DNA from: Eledone cirrhosa
Taxonomy: Eukaryota
Direction: 5' to 3'
Length of the DNA: 64,000 bases
NCBI GenBank assembly: GCA_964016885.1
Contig: OZ024740.1
Span: forward strand, 336,350,001 to 336,414,000
Positions 12,211 to 26,199 of this stretch are shown one piece after another. The translations under genes were made by a program, and so were the position numbers. Each line of letters begins with the position of its first letter. The stretch's first letter is position 1. A model generated the notes under the pieces. The model was not told the origin of the DNA, searched no databases, and saw only the letters and a list, made by a program, of their open reading frames with translations.

Positions 12211-12585
12211 TAATATACGAAATATTTATCTATGACCACTCTAATCCGATAGTTGATAACCCTTGTGTATATGTTTTAATGCAGTGGTCACCGTAGTGAT
12301 TTCAAGTTCGCCACGAACGTCCATGAGAAATGCATGTATGACAGCTTCCCGATTCTTTTCGTCTACAACATGTTAGACTTTATAAACTAAGTAATACCTA
12401 GAACTATGAAGAGAACCTTTGCTTGTTCATCAACCTGCAAGAAATAGCACCCAAATTTGTTAGGTATCACACTCTACCATCTAAAATAATGTATGGCCAC
12501 ATCAGATGATATATTTCCAGATATACTTTCTATACTAAAACTGGCGACATTTTCATGGATGGAACGCCTTTCATTATAGGTCTTC

Positions 12586-14415
12586 TGGACGATAACAAGA
12601 GGGACACATTAGACAATTTCAGGCCCATAACTCTGCTCAACACAGAGTTTAAGATTTGGGCCAGGGTGTTAGCGAAGAGGTTGGCGCTTGTCGTCGGGGA
12701 TTTGGTTGGGGAGGCGCAAACTTGCGCAATCCCAACCAGGTCCATACACGACAACCTCCACCTGATGCGATACATCATAGAGAGAGTAAGGTGTAAACCT
12801 GGCTTCGGTGGGGCTCTGATCAATTTAGATCAATCGAAAGCATTCGATAGGGTCGACCATCGGTACCTGGAGGCTGTCCTCAAGGCGGCTGGCTTCGGCC
12901 CCGTCTTCAGAAGCTAGATCGTTGCAATGCATAGCGGCACCTGCTCGGTGGTCAAAATTAATGGCCATCTCTCAGAACCGTTTCAGGTCTCTCGATCGGT
13001 CCGTCAAGGGTGCCCTCTCTCCTCCCTTCTGTACGTGTTGACCCTCGAGTCTTTACTGCGGAAGCTGGAGCTGTTGCAGAGCATCCCGCTCGAACCGGGA
13101 CGCGGAAAGGCTGTGTCGGCTTATGCGGACGACATCACCGTGATGGTGTCGGACACCTCAGAAATTGAGGCGGTCGGCAACTTATTGGAGGAATATGAAA
13201 GGTTGACGGGAGCAAAACTTAACCCGGAAAAGTCGGTGGGCTTGCAACTCGGCACCTGGAGAGGCAAGTCCATGCCGTCCAACAGCGTCGTTAGGCGCCG
13301 GACGGACGGACCGGTAAAGTTGCTCGGGGTTTGGTTCGGGCCAGACCTCCAGGTGGATAAAAATTGGGACGAGGTGACGGGCAGGGTAGCCAGTCTCACC
13401 CAGAAATGGGCTGCGAGAAAGCTATCACTCAAAGGTCGGGCGGAGGTGGCGAACGCGTACATCGCGTCCGTCATCTACTACCGTCTGACCGTCATCCCTT
13501 GCCCCCGTTCGCGCCTCGCCATCTTAGAGCGGCTCCTCTCCAAATTCTTGTGGAGGGGTCAGGTTTCGTTGGTGAGGCGGTCCATCTGCTGCCAGCACCC
13601 TATACGTGGAGGGCTGGGCATGTCGTGGCTAATGATGCGCAGACACGCGCTGAGGCTGCGGAATCTCCAGATATTCTGCCTAAACGGTGAACAGGTATGG
13701 TCACCGTTTGTCAGACGGGCCTTTCCGCAGCTCGTCTCTTCGACTGAGCTGCAGTCCTGGGTCAAGAAGAGATCGAGACTAGGTGACTGGCATCTGGAAT
13801 GTTGCCAGGCACTCACTGCCCTCTACTAGGCGGGCAATGCGGTCAGTGGAACTTCCACTCTCGAGTTCTATAGAGGATTAGTGGTGGGCAGGTGCGATAA
13901 CGCACTCGGAGAGGCTCTGGCAGTCGACGAAGTCGAACTAACCAGTTTGTTCAGGAGAACTTTCGAGCCAAGGACGATGGATAATTTCCAAAAATCCCTC
14001 GCTTGGCAGTGCTGCCGGGGGGGGGGGAGGCACTGCCGGTTCGAGATAAACTCTACAGACACGGAAGTGCTGTCAGACGGACCTGTCCGAGATGAGCGCA
14101 GGGCGACGAAACCGTTCTGCACGCACTCATCCAGTGTCCGTGCATTACAGACTTGTGGAGTTATGTCGAACAGTTGTTGTCGCGTGTAGAACCGATCCGG
14201 CTATCAGCCGAGTCCATAGTGAAGATCGACCCGCCGCCTTCTTTTGGCCAGGAAGGGCAGGCAATTTTCCTCTGTCTGGTGGCAGTAGCGAAAGAGGTTG
14301 TATGGTGGACGAGGTTGAAAGGACTGAAGACAGACACTTTTCTCTTCGGCCAATCCCTTATCAACTTTTTCAAGTTTCACTTGGAAATGAAGGTGAGGGT
14401 GGAGAGAGAAGTGCT
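12586..14415 (+). pseudogene. 5'- and 3'-truncated Tx1-like ORF2 copy (RT to zf-RVT)
   Basis: Collinear with 1-3283. In-frame stops at 12915 and 13827; frameshift in the G-run near 14020. Confidence 0.93.
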
Positions 14416-14705
14416 TCCTCCACCCCCCACCCTAGTGGGGGGGGCAGCACTTCTCTCTCCACCCTCACCTTCATTTCCAAGTGAAACTTGAAAAAGTTGA
14501 TATAAGAAATGAGATTTAGTGACATTTATTCCGTCCCTTAAAGATATTAGTGGGGTAAAGGAAATAATGTAATAATTTTAACCTGGAATTGAATCTAGGC
14601 CACATACTCAGTTCGCCCGGATCTTAGATATTAACCAATCCTTCAGAGAAATATCACCACTTCCAAAAATGTACAGACTAAATAGAGATATTTCCACTTA
14701 GGTAA

Positions 14706-14928
14706 AATAATTGTTTCTTATATAGGCACAAGGCCAGCAATTTTGGCGGAGGGGAAAGTCGATTAAATCGATCCCAGTGCGTGACTGGTACTTTATTTTA
14801 TCGACCCCGTAAGGATGAAAGGCAAAGTTAACCTCGGCGGGATTTGAACTCAGATCATAAAGGGCCGTAACTCTATGCTGCTAGGCATGGCGTCCGGCCC
14901 GCTACCGACACTGCCAATCCACCGCCCT
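14706..14928 (-). mobile_element. SINE family A, full-length reference copy (tRNA head, Meta-like central domain)
   Basis: Minus strand A-box-like TGGCAGTGTCGG, B-box GTTCAAATCC, central CCGAGGTTAACTTTGCCTTTCATCCTTACGGGGTCGATAAAATAAAGTACCAG, AT-rich tail. The Meta-domain assignment is from recall only. Confidence 0.9.
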
Positions 14929-16091
14929 GCTCGGATAAAATAATAAAAACATCTGAATGTTTAATCATATATGAAATTGATCTTTTATAATTTGCATCAT
15001 TGAAAATTATCTATTCTTTATATTTCAAAATTCTTCAGAACTTATTTAGAATCACTTACTATTTTCCCAAATGGAAGCATTTTTATTTTTATTATGTTTT
15101 TTACGTTTAATATATATTGTGTATTGGCAAACTGTTTGACATGGATTTCACTGTATATTAGACTAGAAAGCATAGGTTTAGAGAAGCTTACTAATCAAAT
15201 AAGAATTAATGTAGCTTCTCACTGTACACGGTTTATATAGCTGAGTGGTGCTAATATTAACAGATGGCAAACAAAATCACTGGACCAAAGATATTTAGTG
15301 AAAGTGTTCACAGGTGCCCAAGGATCATTTACAGGAACGAAACTCTGCATTTTCTACTGCTTATTTGCTCTCAGGAGTTTACATGAAATTACTTGAATAA
15401 ACTTCAGAAGTACGGGTGTGAGGGAATATATGGACATGTATTATGAGATAGGAAGATAACCCATTAAGAGATCTCGTAGTAAAGTATTTTTGTTGTTGAT
15501 GATGGTTTTTTTTGTTGTTTTGTTTTTTGTTGTTTTTTGTCCTTTCTAAATTCATATTAATCTAGATGTAGTTATTTTTGTATAGAGTGATCAATTAACA
15601 TGTGTAAACAGCACATTGAAAGGAATGCGGGAGATCTCTCAACTAACATTTACGGAGTTTGATAACATTAGAAAACATTATAAAGCATATATGAATAAAT
15701 AAACGATAGTGCAATAAAAGATTGAAATATAAAGCTGATGTCACAGGTTGTAGATTATTTCACAGTGATAAATGCTATCTGTTCCAATAACATTCAATTT
15801 TATGTCAATGACACCATACTACACTTCCTTCTCAATGTTCATGTTATGCCTAAAATGAATACTATCCATACACAGATATTCCTTCTTCCTAAACAGTGAG
15901 GACATGACAACCTAATTAACTTCAACGCCACTAATCCCTCGCATTCCATATCCCAACTAAACAACTCTCATTTACTAGATTACATACATATAATCAATTA
16001 ATAAACAAACGTTATTTCATGTGTGTGGGAGAGAAAGAGAGGGAGAGAGAGAGAGTGAGCGTGTATTGTATATATGTATAATACATAAATA

Positions 16092-16177
16092 CAGAGTGTC
16101 CCCCAAAAATGTATACACGCTGTTGAGCATTCTAATAAAAGTGTGTATGCATTTTAGGTGGGGTGGGGGGGACACTG
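16092..16177. mobile_element. Tc1/mariner-type MITE
   Basis: TA|CAGAGTGTCCCCCAAAAATGTATACAC...GTGTATGCATTTT...GGGGACACTG|TA. Confidence 0.75.
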
Positions 16178-16631
16178 TATTTCCATGGTCAAACACCAAA
16201 CAAGATGCAATAAAATACTTTCACTTATTGTCTCTGTCTCTCTCGCTCTCCCCATCACTCACTGTTATAAGCAAATAGAGGCTCACGCGCTGGCCACCCC
16301 GCGACCCCGGCGGCGGACAGAATAGAGAAGGCGTAATCATAGTTGAAACGACGTTGATTATTGATTTGCTGGTGATAAAGGACAAAAGCAGCACTCGCTA
16401 GATAGAGACACCACCATTTTACAGCTATTTTAATTTATCGAACCCAGAAAAAATGATAAGCAATGTTGACTGCGGTGGGATTCGAACTCACGACGTAAAC
16501 ATCCGGAATATATATCATAATATTTTATCCGACGCGCTCTACTAATTCATAGGTGGGAAGGCTACACCAAATTCCATCTTCTTTAGGTCGAGAAAATACT
16601 TCAAAGCTATTCTGCAAATATCACATTACAC

Positions 16632-16669
<38 letters not shown>

Positions 16670-16744
16670 TCACACACACACACACACACACTGAAACACA
16701 CATATACACATATTTATATACCAACTTATATATATATATATATA

Positions 16745-16841
16745 CAGGGTGTCCCAAAAGATGTATAGACACATTGATTACCTGTACAGGCAATATTTAT
16801 CAGAATGCTGTTGAAGTGTGTATACATGGTTGGGGGACATC

Positions 16842-16844
<3 letters not shown>
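16745..16844. mobile_element. Tc1/mariner-type MITE, same family as 16092-16177
   Basis: TA|CAGGGTGTCCCAAAAGATGTATA...TATACATGGTTGGGGGACATCCTG|TA. Confidence 0.8.
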
Positions 16845-16880
<36 letters not shown>

Positions 16881-17009
16881 TAGAAGGGGGTATTTAATTT
16901 GTTGGAAATCCGACAAATATAAATATAAATGTTTATAACTGATTTATAGCACTGGAGTAAATATTCAATGATATTAAATAAATGGAAACTATATTTATAA
17001 AACCATATT

Positions 17010-17072
17010 TATTTTATTATATATATTTCAAGGGTACCAAAAGACTTTGGTACGCTTTCTTCAGATAAAATA
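17010..17072 (-). ncRNA. Type I minimal hammerhead ribozyme
   Basis: tattttat-CTGAAGA-aagcgtaccaaagtcttttggtaccctt-GAAA-tatata-TA-ataaaata. Perfect 8-bp stem I; 11 of 12 pairs in stem II. Confidence 0.8.
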
Positions 17073-17210
17073 CAAAATTTGTTTTATAAATAGAGACATA
17101 CCCAGGAAAATCATACCTTATCAGTTGGATATTCTCTGGATATCCAAAGAATATCCAACTGATAAGGTATGATTTTCCTGGGTATGTCTCTATTTATAAA
17201 ATAAATTTTG

Positions 17211-17273
17211 TATTTTATCTGAAGAAAGCGTACCAAAGTCTTTTGGTACCCTTGAAATATATATAATCAAATA
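17211..17273 (+). ncRNA. Type I minimal hammerhead ribozyme (inverted copy)
   Basis: Same motif, with one stem I mismatch (atcaaata). Confidence 0.75.
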
Positions 17274-17312
17274 AATATGGTTTTATAAATATAAATATAA
17301 ATATTTAATATC

Positions 17313-18067
<755 letters not shown>

Positions 18068-18269
18068 TTATGTATAGCAGAAGCCATGACAATTCGGAAT
18101 ACAACAACTTCAACTGAGAAATTATAAATATAAAATACACTGAAATATAACCGCAAACATGACTACGTGGTTCAGGAATTAACTCAACAACCATGTTGTT
18201 TCGAGTTCAGTTCCATTTCCTGACAACTTGGGCGAGTGTTGTTTTCTACTATAGCCTCCGGTTTTCTAA

Positions 18270-18813
18270 TACCCTGTGACTATACCGGCAACCCCACCAA
18301 GTTTACTTGATGAGGAGGAGGATTTTGGACACATGCAGGACAAAAAGCAAAACCTGACAAAGGGTGGAAGAACTCATAAGAGTCAACCGCCATCCAAAAG
18401 TGTGTAAATATGTATATACATATATATATATATAGGTATATGCATGTTTGCATGTGTATGTATATGCATGGGGACATAGAAATAATCGGGCTGGATACCC
18501 GATCGCGCAGTTAAACCACTGGGAGTGAAGGACCCCTAGCCTTTGTCAGAGCATTCTTCTAGACGGCAAGTCAAGAAACTGGGATAACTCCGACATAAAA
18601 TATGCGTCTCAGTAGTTACCGATGATATTGATCTTTTCTTCTTTCCGGGTTATATTTACTGTCGCTCAGAGAGTGGGATTGGCTCAGTGCACAGTCTTTC
18701 CTCACTTTAAAAAACAATTCACGCACAGGCATTGCACGATAGAATTAATTAATAATTATTAATAATGGTATATCGTACAATGGCTATACTCGATAATGAG
18801 GGGGCAGCCATCA
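18270..18813 (+). mobile_element. Bipartite non-autonomous RTE derivative (RTE 5' UTR fused to RTE 3' end)
   Basis: RTE 5'-UTR-like sequence (ggataactccgacataaaa...cacgcacaggcattg) joined to tactcgataatgagggggcagccatc and an (ATGT)n-like tail. Further copies at 45.9-46.5 kb and 52.1-52.4 kb. Confidence 0.7.
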
Positions 18814-19637
18814 TATTTGCATGTATGTATATGTGTGTGTATGTTTGTGTGTGTGTTTATTGTTTGCTTAACTTGTGTGTGTGTTTATTGTCTACTTAAT
18901 TTAGCTGTTCAACAAAATGAAACAGATGAAATAAGTGCCAGACGTGAAAAACAAAATAAGTACAGAAATCGATATGATCGATTAAATCCGTTCAATGCGG
19001 TGCCCCAGCATGGCCGCAGTTCAAAGACTGATACGGATAAAAGAATAAAAGAATAAATAAATGTTTCACCGGGAAAATATTCCAAGAAAAACTTTGAAAC
19101 ATAATTTTCACAACAATATTAGGTAAGATGTATCATGGAAGCTCTGGGCTACAACGAAGCCATACAATTATAGTTTGAATGAGACTGAACACATATGAAT
19201 TATTTAAAAAAATGTTTAGTTCTATACACTGGCTGCTATATTACAATGTGTCGATCTTATTTGAAATCCTCTGTTATTGGTGATTCTTAGTTTTATTATA
19301 TATTTTCCCCTCCAGAAAGATCAGCGGGAAAGTCGATACACTATCAAATGAACAAACCAAAAGAAAACTAGGAAGTTTTAGATGGTGAAAATAAGACATA
19401 GAAGAGATTGGTTGTGATAAAATTAGAATCAGACTAGGGAAAGAACATAAGCATAAAACAAATTGTTCCCTGGGTATTTACCAAAATTTATGATTGAACA
19501 TCTGCAACATTTCTGGAAACATTTGATAGCATGTGTATGTATGTGTGTGTATATATATATACATATGGAGTGTGTTGATGTGCGGAGTTTGATGGTGTGT
19601 TTATGAGCATAATACGTTTTTGTAAAGAAAGTCTAGT

Positions 19638-19683
<46 letters not shown>

Positions 19684-20039
19684 GGGTATATGTGTGTGAG
19701 TGTGTTACGGGTATTTATATTCATATGTACCTATATCTTCTGTATATAATTGTAGAGCATCTGATCCTAGCTAATGCATATAATGTGTGTATGGGGACAG
19801 AGATTTGTACACATGTTGTTTGGTCTTGGGTCACTCTATCTATTGTGTGCAGCATATATAGGATGTTCTATTTTGGTGATGGGTAAGCAACCCACAACAC
19901 CTGGTTCAACACAACCTTCTTACCCAGGATACCTTTATCAGAATCCACTTTGTCACAAGCATTCAGATTAGGCTTCCAGCAAGTGATTGCCATGATTTCA
20001 CAAAGCCCCGATATCCTCCATACTTCCCTATGTATCGAA

Positions 20040-20580
20040 CCCTAAACTCCCGGAACAATTCTACCTCATCTTCTCTAATATCCGTGGGCTCCGATCAAAC
20101 CTAAACTCAACTCATTACTTCTTACTAACATGCAACCAAACATACTATTCCTTTCTAAGATCCAAATCTCTCCTACTTAACATGTATTTCATCTGATGCC
20201 CTTGCTACATTCTTTATTCAAACTTCCGAAATATAGAGTCTATGCATATGTATATTCCAATCTCCCCGCCACTCATCTCTCTTACCTTGATATCAGCATC
20301 TACACTTCTAATTACTATACCTCTAGTTATCCAAATCCTCTACCGCTATCAAAACTCTTCCAACTGACCACATCTCTTCCTACATCGAGGACAACTATTT
20401 CACTTCATCCCTTTCCAATTTCATTGTCATCGGTTATTTCAATGCTCACAACTCTTCTGAGCTTCCGAACATTGTCCATACTGATGTCACCAATGATAAA
20501 CCGAATCTTTCACAATACTTAACTCTCTACATCAACTATTTTCTTCCCTTACACAAAAGCACTCCAAATACTTTTACTCT
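20040..20580 (+). pseudogene. Decayed CR1/L2-group APE endonuclease
   Basis: FSNIRGLRSNLNS...NILFLS and FIVIGYFNAHN (cf. GDFNAH). Related copy at 36.5-37.3 kb. Confidence 0.6.
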
Positions 20581-20700
20581 CTTTATCAGACAGTTAGTGT
20601 CAAGCAACCGCCTTATTGTGACTAACCATCACACATCCACATGTCCTTTCTCTCTAGAACATCGATTGTCTGGAATACTTCCTTTGTTTTTTTCTTGCAG

Positions 20701-20840
20701 ATGTCCACCTGCAGCTCTTCGTGGGAACATTAACTGCATCAATCTCACTGGCCCCGATGGGCCTCTGAATATCATGGGCACATCCTCTACATCAAGAGTA
20801 GGGGCATTGTTACAGTTAACGCAATCACAGAGAAATATTG
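20701..20840 (+). CDS. Candidate internal coding exon of an unidentified host gene
   Basis: Polypyrimidine acceptor ttcctttgtttttttcttgcag|; single open frame CPPAALRGNINCINLTGPDGPLNIMGTSSTSRVGALLQLTQSQRNI; donor |gttaag (weak). Confidence 0.4.
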
Positions 20841-20914
20841 GTTAAGGGCAACATTTACAAGATCTAGAGAGATCATATTGAAAAAAGGAAGATATCAAGT
20901 GAATTTCGTATGCT

Positions 20915-20973
<59 letters not shown>

Positions 20974-21807
20974 TAGTTATATATATATAGTAATTAGTTT
21001 ACTCAGCTGTAGAAATGAGTTGCGACGTCACTGGTGTCAAGCTGTATCGGCCATTGCCATTCCCTTGAACATCATCTGTGGCATGGAGAGGGGAGGCTGT
21101 TATGCATGGGCGAGTACTCTGACCCCGGGGTAAACTTTATAGGTGCAAATCCCATGGTAATTCGTGACCGAAGGGAGTCTTTACCCTTTACCTTAGTTTC
21201 AGAGATGTAAAATCCAGTATAACTATGACACAAAATGCCAAGAGGAAGCCTCAGTTTGACAGCAGTCCACTAGCTGTAGTAATGACTGCAAGAAATAATT
21301 TGTCTATCATGTGGGTGACTTTTATTTGAATTTCATGTGGAATGAGTTGTGTGTTCGTGCATGTAGACGATAAAGCTTCCCAAAGACAGAATTAATTGGA
21401 AGCCTTAATTAAATATTAACAGTTTCAGTTAGGTAAACGCCAAGCGAGAGGAAATGACTTAGATTCTGAAAGATGTGGACAGCCAATTCTAATTGCTTGT
21501 TGATAGTTAAATAATTGAGATAAGATCTGGAAATGGCAGGAGGCAATTTGGAGGCATTGCTGAAGGTTGTAAGAAGCTATGTAAATGTTCCTGTGTTCTT
21601 ATTAATATATCTACAGTGGAAAGACATTATATATTTATTACTTGACCAGCTTTACTCTGCATTGATAAGGTCAATGACGAGGTTTCTATTTTTCATTAAA
21701 ACTGCTTCTTCTCCCACACACACAGACACACATATCATAATATTTCTTTCTCCCTCTGTATGTATATATATATGCATACATACACATATAGAGAGAGGGA
21801 GGCATGC

Positions 21808-21845
<38 letters not shown>

Positions 21846-21859
21846 TTGCGTGTGTGCTT

Positions 21860-22280
21860 ATATTCTTTTACCTGCTCCAGCCCACGAGCTGTAGCTATGC
21901 TGGGGCACCACAATTATTGCCACACTTTCTATAGATATCCCTCCCCGGTTGGCCATTGATGAATGAGAAAGTTGACGCAGCTGTCCTCTTTTGAGTTTCT
22001 CGCTACGATGTACGCTCGTCTAGAATCTTGGATGGCAGAATGTCGAGTACTTCATGAAAACATCTACATTCACTCCATGTAGGGCTCTTGCTTTATTATT
22101 ACCTTTGGCAAGATATTTTGGCAAGAGCTTTAGGACCCCAGAGTAATGCAGTACCTGGTCCTTACATTGGGAAGATCAGATCGTTGGTACTATGTTGTGG
22201 TGCCATATTCTGAGGTTAATGTAGCTCTCAATGCCAAAGTTTGGCGCTAGCCCTTTCTGGAACTTGTATAACAGAACAAA
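21860..22280 (-). mobile_element. CR1-type LINE 3' end
   Basis: Minus strand VRTRYC...LHGVNVDVF...ILDE...RTAASTF, then the tail ggtgccccagcatagctacagc...taaaagaata, also seen at the SINE end at 19000-19058. Confidence 0.65.
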
Positions 22281-22494
22281 GAAGAGACATAAAATAACAA
22301 ATTAGTCACTGAGGAGGTCACTGAGGAGATCACAGAATGTGTGACGAAAGATTTTTGACAGAAAACAAATAAACAACCACTCGGTTATTGAAGTAACCGA
22401 CAGGAAATTTATAACAAATTAAAATTAAAACCATATTTTTATTGGCAGTATATGAAACCTTTCAAACCATATACAAAAACCAAGTATGTGTGTG

Positions 22495-22537
<43 letters not shown>

Positions 22538-22559
22538 GTGTTTGTCTCTGTGTGTGTGT

Positions 22560-22703
<144 letters not shown>

Positions 22704-22737
22704 CGTGCGTGCGTGTATATATATATATATATATATA

Positions 22738-23278
22738 CGGAAAAAAATGAAACGAAATTTCATTTCCCACTCTTAGTACGGCTGTTACTTAAATATAAGT
22801 ATGTACACGTACATACATATATGTATACAGACGTACAGTAGTATGTATATATATATACATACATGCACACATATATATATGTACGTATGGAAATTTCGTT
22901 TCATTTTTTTCCGTTTATCGTTTTCGGTGCGCCCGGCCGATTAACCCACTCGATATGCAAATTGGGCTACTCAGCCGTTAATATGCATTAGGTAAGTATA
23001 TACGTTCAACAATCTGGCAGGAAGGTATACGTTGCTGACGATAGCTAATAAGCTTGAAACTAGTACAGCGTTCCTTTGTCAGTGTTGAACAAACGAGCAA
23101 CGATGGTTGCTGGACACTACGGCTTAATACGGGATGTTTGTTTACAAACACACCGAGCATTATAATAAATGTTCGGTGAATCCATACGTACATATATATA
23201 TGTGTGCATGTATGTATATATATATACATACTACTGTACGTCTGTATACATATATGTATGTACGTGTACATACTTATA
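22738..23278 (+). mobile_element. HHR-bearing non-coding element with an inverted partial copy (retrozyme/Penelope-like)
   Basis: 22738-22761 inverts 22890-22913, and 22795-22890 inverts 23181-23278. A second partial copy lies at 27048-27243. Confidence 0.75.
23029..23071 (+). ncRNA. Type I minimal hammerhead ribozyme
   Basis: acgttg-CTGACGA-tagctaataagctt-GAAA-ctag-TA-cagcgt. Stem I can extend through gttcaaca/tgttgaac. Predicted cleavage after A23065. Confidence 0.82.
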
Positions 23279-23300
23279 TATATATATATATATATATATA

Positions 23301-23369
<69 letters not shown>

Positions 23370-23828
23370 GTGTGTGTCCATGTGTGCAGAAGAGAATCTC
23401 ACCTTATTTCATGGAAATTTTTTTTTTTTTTTCGAAAGAAGGATTGGTGTTTCTTAAGCATTTGACTATTTCGTATCATTTCGAAAACCACACCTCCAAT
23501 ACCACCCCAATCACCACCACAACCACCAAAACCACCACAACTAGCATCCGATGCCACGGACAAATTAGCCTGGCAGTCATATAGCAGCAAGCCAACAGCA
23601 GCCAGTAACATCGGGATGAAATACCCTCCAACAAGAATAAATCATTCAATGAATGATACGTGCTGCGAAATAACTAAGTTTTATTTTTTATTGAACACTG
23701 TTGCCTCGAGCAGAATTTGACTGAAGGAAACTCAAAAGTTGTAAGAAAATATTTTAAAAATTTGTTTAAAACTTTGAAAATAGGATTTTATTTTCATAAA
23801 TCAAAACAACACAGAATTTTTTCGTAAG

Positions 23829-23870
23829 GTTGCCGTTGGCTAGAGACGCCCTGGAGACGCACAGTGAATG
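23829..23870 (+). CDS. Candidate 42-bp micro-exon
   Basis: GC-rich island in AT-rich DNA: ttttttcgtaag|...aatg|gtaaga. Phase-compatible with 20701-20840, giving GCRWLETPWRRTVN. Confidence 0.4.
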
Positions 23871-24341
23871 GTAAGAATTATTAACTGTGCTTGAACTCTG
23901 TGAAAGAAATCTTAATGAGATAATATTTAATATTATGAAAACTTCCTTGTCTGTTTTATGGAATTTATAAATAAATATTATAATGATTCTTATAAATGTC
24001 GTGAAGATTTTTATAAATAATATAATGATTTTTATAAATATTCTAATTATTTTTTACTTAATTTAAATTTAAATTATTTTATTTATGTTTAGTCTGTGAA
24101 CTGTTTTGTATTTTTTTATTAGGTTTAAAAGGCCATATTGCATAGAAGAAAAATATGGTTGTGAAATGCATGACTTATGTAAATAGTATTAACTAAGACT
24201 AGAAACTGTATTGCATACTTCTCAAGCTAGTAACTAAGAAGGTGAGTAGGATGTCGGGTAAAATAGTGAGTACAATGGTAACTAGGGTAGGTAGTATGTT
24301 GGTGGATAAGAATGTAGACAAGATGTTAAGTAGGGTGGTAA

Positions 24342-24534
24342 CAGACCTGTCATCTCTCCTCGTCCGACGGGGACATCTCCCACCTACTTTGGGTGGGTGA
24401 GAGATGTTTTCTCTTGTGAAAATGAGTATAGCTTTCATTACATAAAACCTCCTCATTTTGTCTCATTTCTCCCCGTTTTGGGGCACTTTTTTCATGGTAC
24501 TCCTTGTTTTGGTTTTTAGAAATTGGCAGGACTG
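24342..24534. mobile_element. hAT-like MITE inserted in a degenerate G-rich ~12-bp repeat (24225-24830)
   Basis: TIRs CAGACCTGTCA / TGGCAGGACTG (9 of 11), flanked on both sides by TGGTAA. Confidence 0.6.
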
Positions 24535-24832
24535 TGGTAATGTAGTGGGTTGGATGATGGGTAATATGGTAAGTAAGATTTTGGGGTAAGATTACAGGTA
24601 GATTGGTAGGATTGTGGGTAAGATAGTGAGAAAGCTAATGTGTAAGATAGTGAGTAACATGGTGGGCAAAATATTGTACATGTTGGTTTGTAGGCTAGTG
24701 GACAAAAGGATGGACAAGGCTGTGTGTACATTATAGGTAGATTACGGGTAGAGTGTAGGGGAGGGTAGTGGGTATGGTGGTGGGTATAAATTTGATAAGA
24801 CTGCGGATAGAATGTTGGGTGGGGTTATGAAT

Positions 24833-25245
24833 AATTGTTTCTACTTTAGGCACAAGGCCAGCAATTATCCCAGAGTATTACTGGTACTTTATTTTATCGA
24901 CCCCGTAAGGATGAAAGGCAAAGTTAACGTCGGCGGGATTTGAACTCAGAACGCAAAGGGCCATAATTCTATGCTGCAGGGTATGGTGTCTGGCACTCTA
25001 CCGATTCTGCCAAACCTATAAATAATAATGGTTTCTTATATAGGCACAAGGCCAGCAATTTTGGGAGAGGAGAAAGTCGATCAAATCGACCCCAGTGTAT
25101 TACTGGTACTTTATTTTATAGACCCCGTAAGGATGAAAGGCAAAGTTAACCTCGGCGGGATTTGAACACAGAACGCAAATGGTCGTAACTCTGTGCTGCG
25201 AAGAATATTGTCCGACGCTCTACCGATTCTGCCAATCCACCACCT
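24833..25245 (-). mobile_element. Two head-to-tail SINE family A copies
   Basis: Matches to 14706-14928. Confidence 0.9.
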
Positions 25246-25547
25246 GGTTATGAGTAATAATAAAAAGAAATACCCATGAGGGTGTAGCTTGACTTTGTGT
25301 GTGGTTCTCGATGAATGAAGAAGGTGCGTGTCTTAATGGTTATGTTGCTTGGCTCACGGTCTTACGATCATGAGTTCGATTTGGAGTAGCACGTTGTGTC
25401 CTTGAGTAAGACACGTTTACCTTGTCCACAAGAAATGAGTTGTATCTGTAATTCAGAAGCTAGCCTTTCCACGCTAAATCTCATCGAGAACGACGTCAAG
25501 TTATCACGTTTCTGTAGAATACTCAGCCACATGCACGTTAATTTCAC

Positions 25548-25750
25548 GAGCGTAGCTGAGTGATTAAAGAATTGGATTCGGAATCGTGTAGTTGTGAGTT
25601 CGATTCCCAGATCGAGCGATGCGTTATGTCCTTGAGCAAGACACTTTATTTCACGTTGCTCCTTCTGCCTGGATTTGCGACCGATAGGTAGTATTGGCAA
25701 TTGGAAAGACCAACGGAAACATTGTTTCCTAGGTCGGATTTGACGAGGTC
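25548..25750 (+). mobile_element. tRNA-derived CORE-like SINE family B
   Basis: B-box GTTCGATTCC, then tgtccttgagcaagacacttta (CORE-like). Close to 30232-30445. Confidence 0.82.
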
Positions 25751-26199
25751 TGAGATCTCTCGATCAACTGTCTATATATACACATATATATATATATGTA
25801 TATACAGTTGGATATATATATATATATATACAGTTGGATATATATATACAGTTGGATATATATATATATATATAATATCCAACTGTATACAATCGAACCG
25901 AAATCTAATGTAATCTTACTTATAAAAACATAAATTACAGACATGTTTGAGATACAAGCCTGTGTTTCTGTATAACGACTGTGTAAAATAGCACACATGA
26001 CATACGCTTCATCAGCTGGAAACGGACAGGGCAATATTTCTTTAAATGCACTTGTTAATATTCCCATGTTTGCAATAAAAACAAAGCACGAGCTAATATA
26101 AACAGATTCGAAACTTCGTGATTGGATATTGTGTATATCATAAATTGTACTCTAAACCGATTAAATATATAGAAAGAGCACCCTTCTGTCATGAGTGGG

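Noticed and set aside
14706-14928. tRNA genes suggested by A/B boxes
   Set aside because: The boxes belong to SINE heads; no full cloverleaf.
25930-26025. Minus-strand CTGATGA...GAAA hammerhead-like motif
   Set aside because: No stem I partner for ttccag and a poor stem II.
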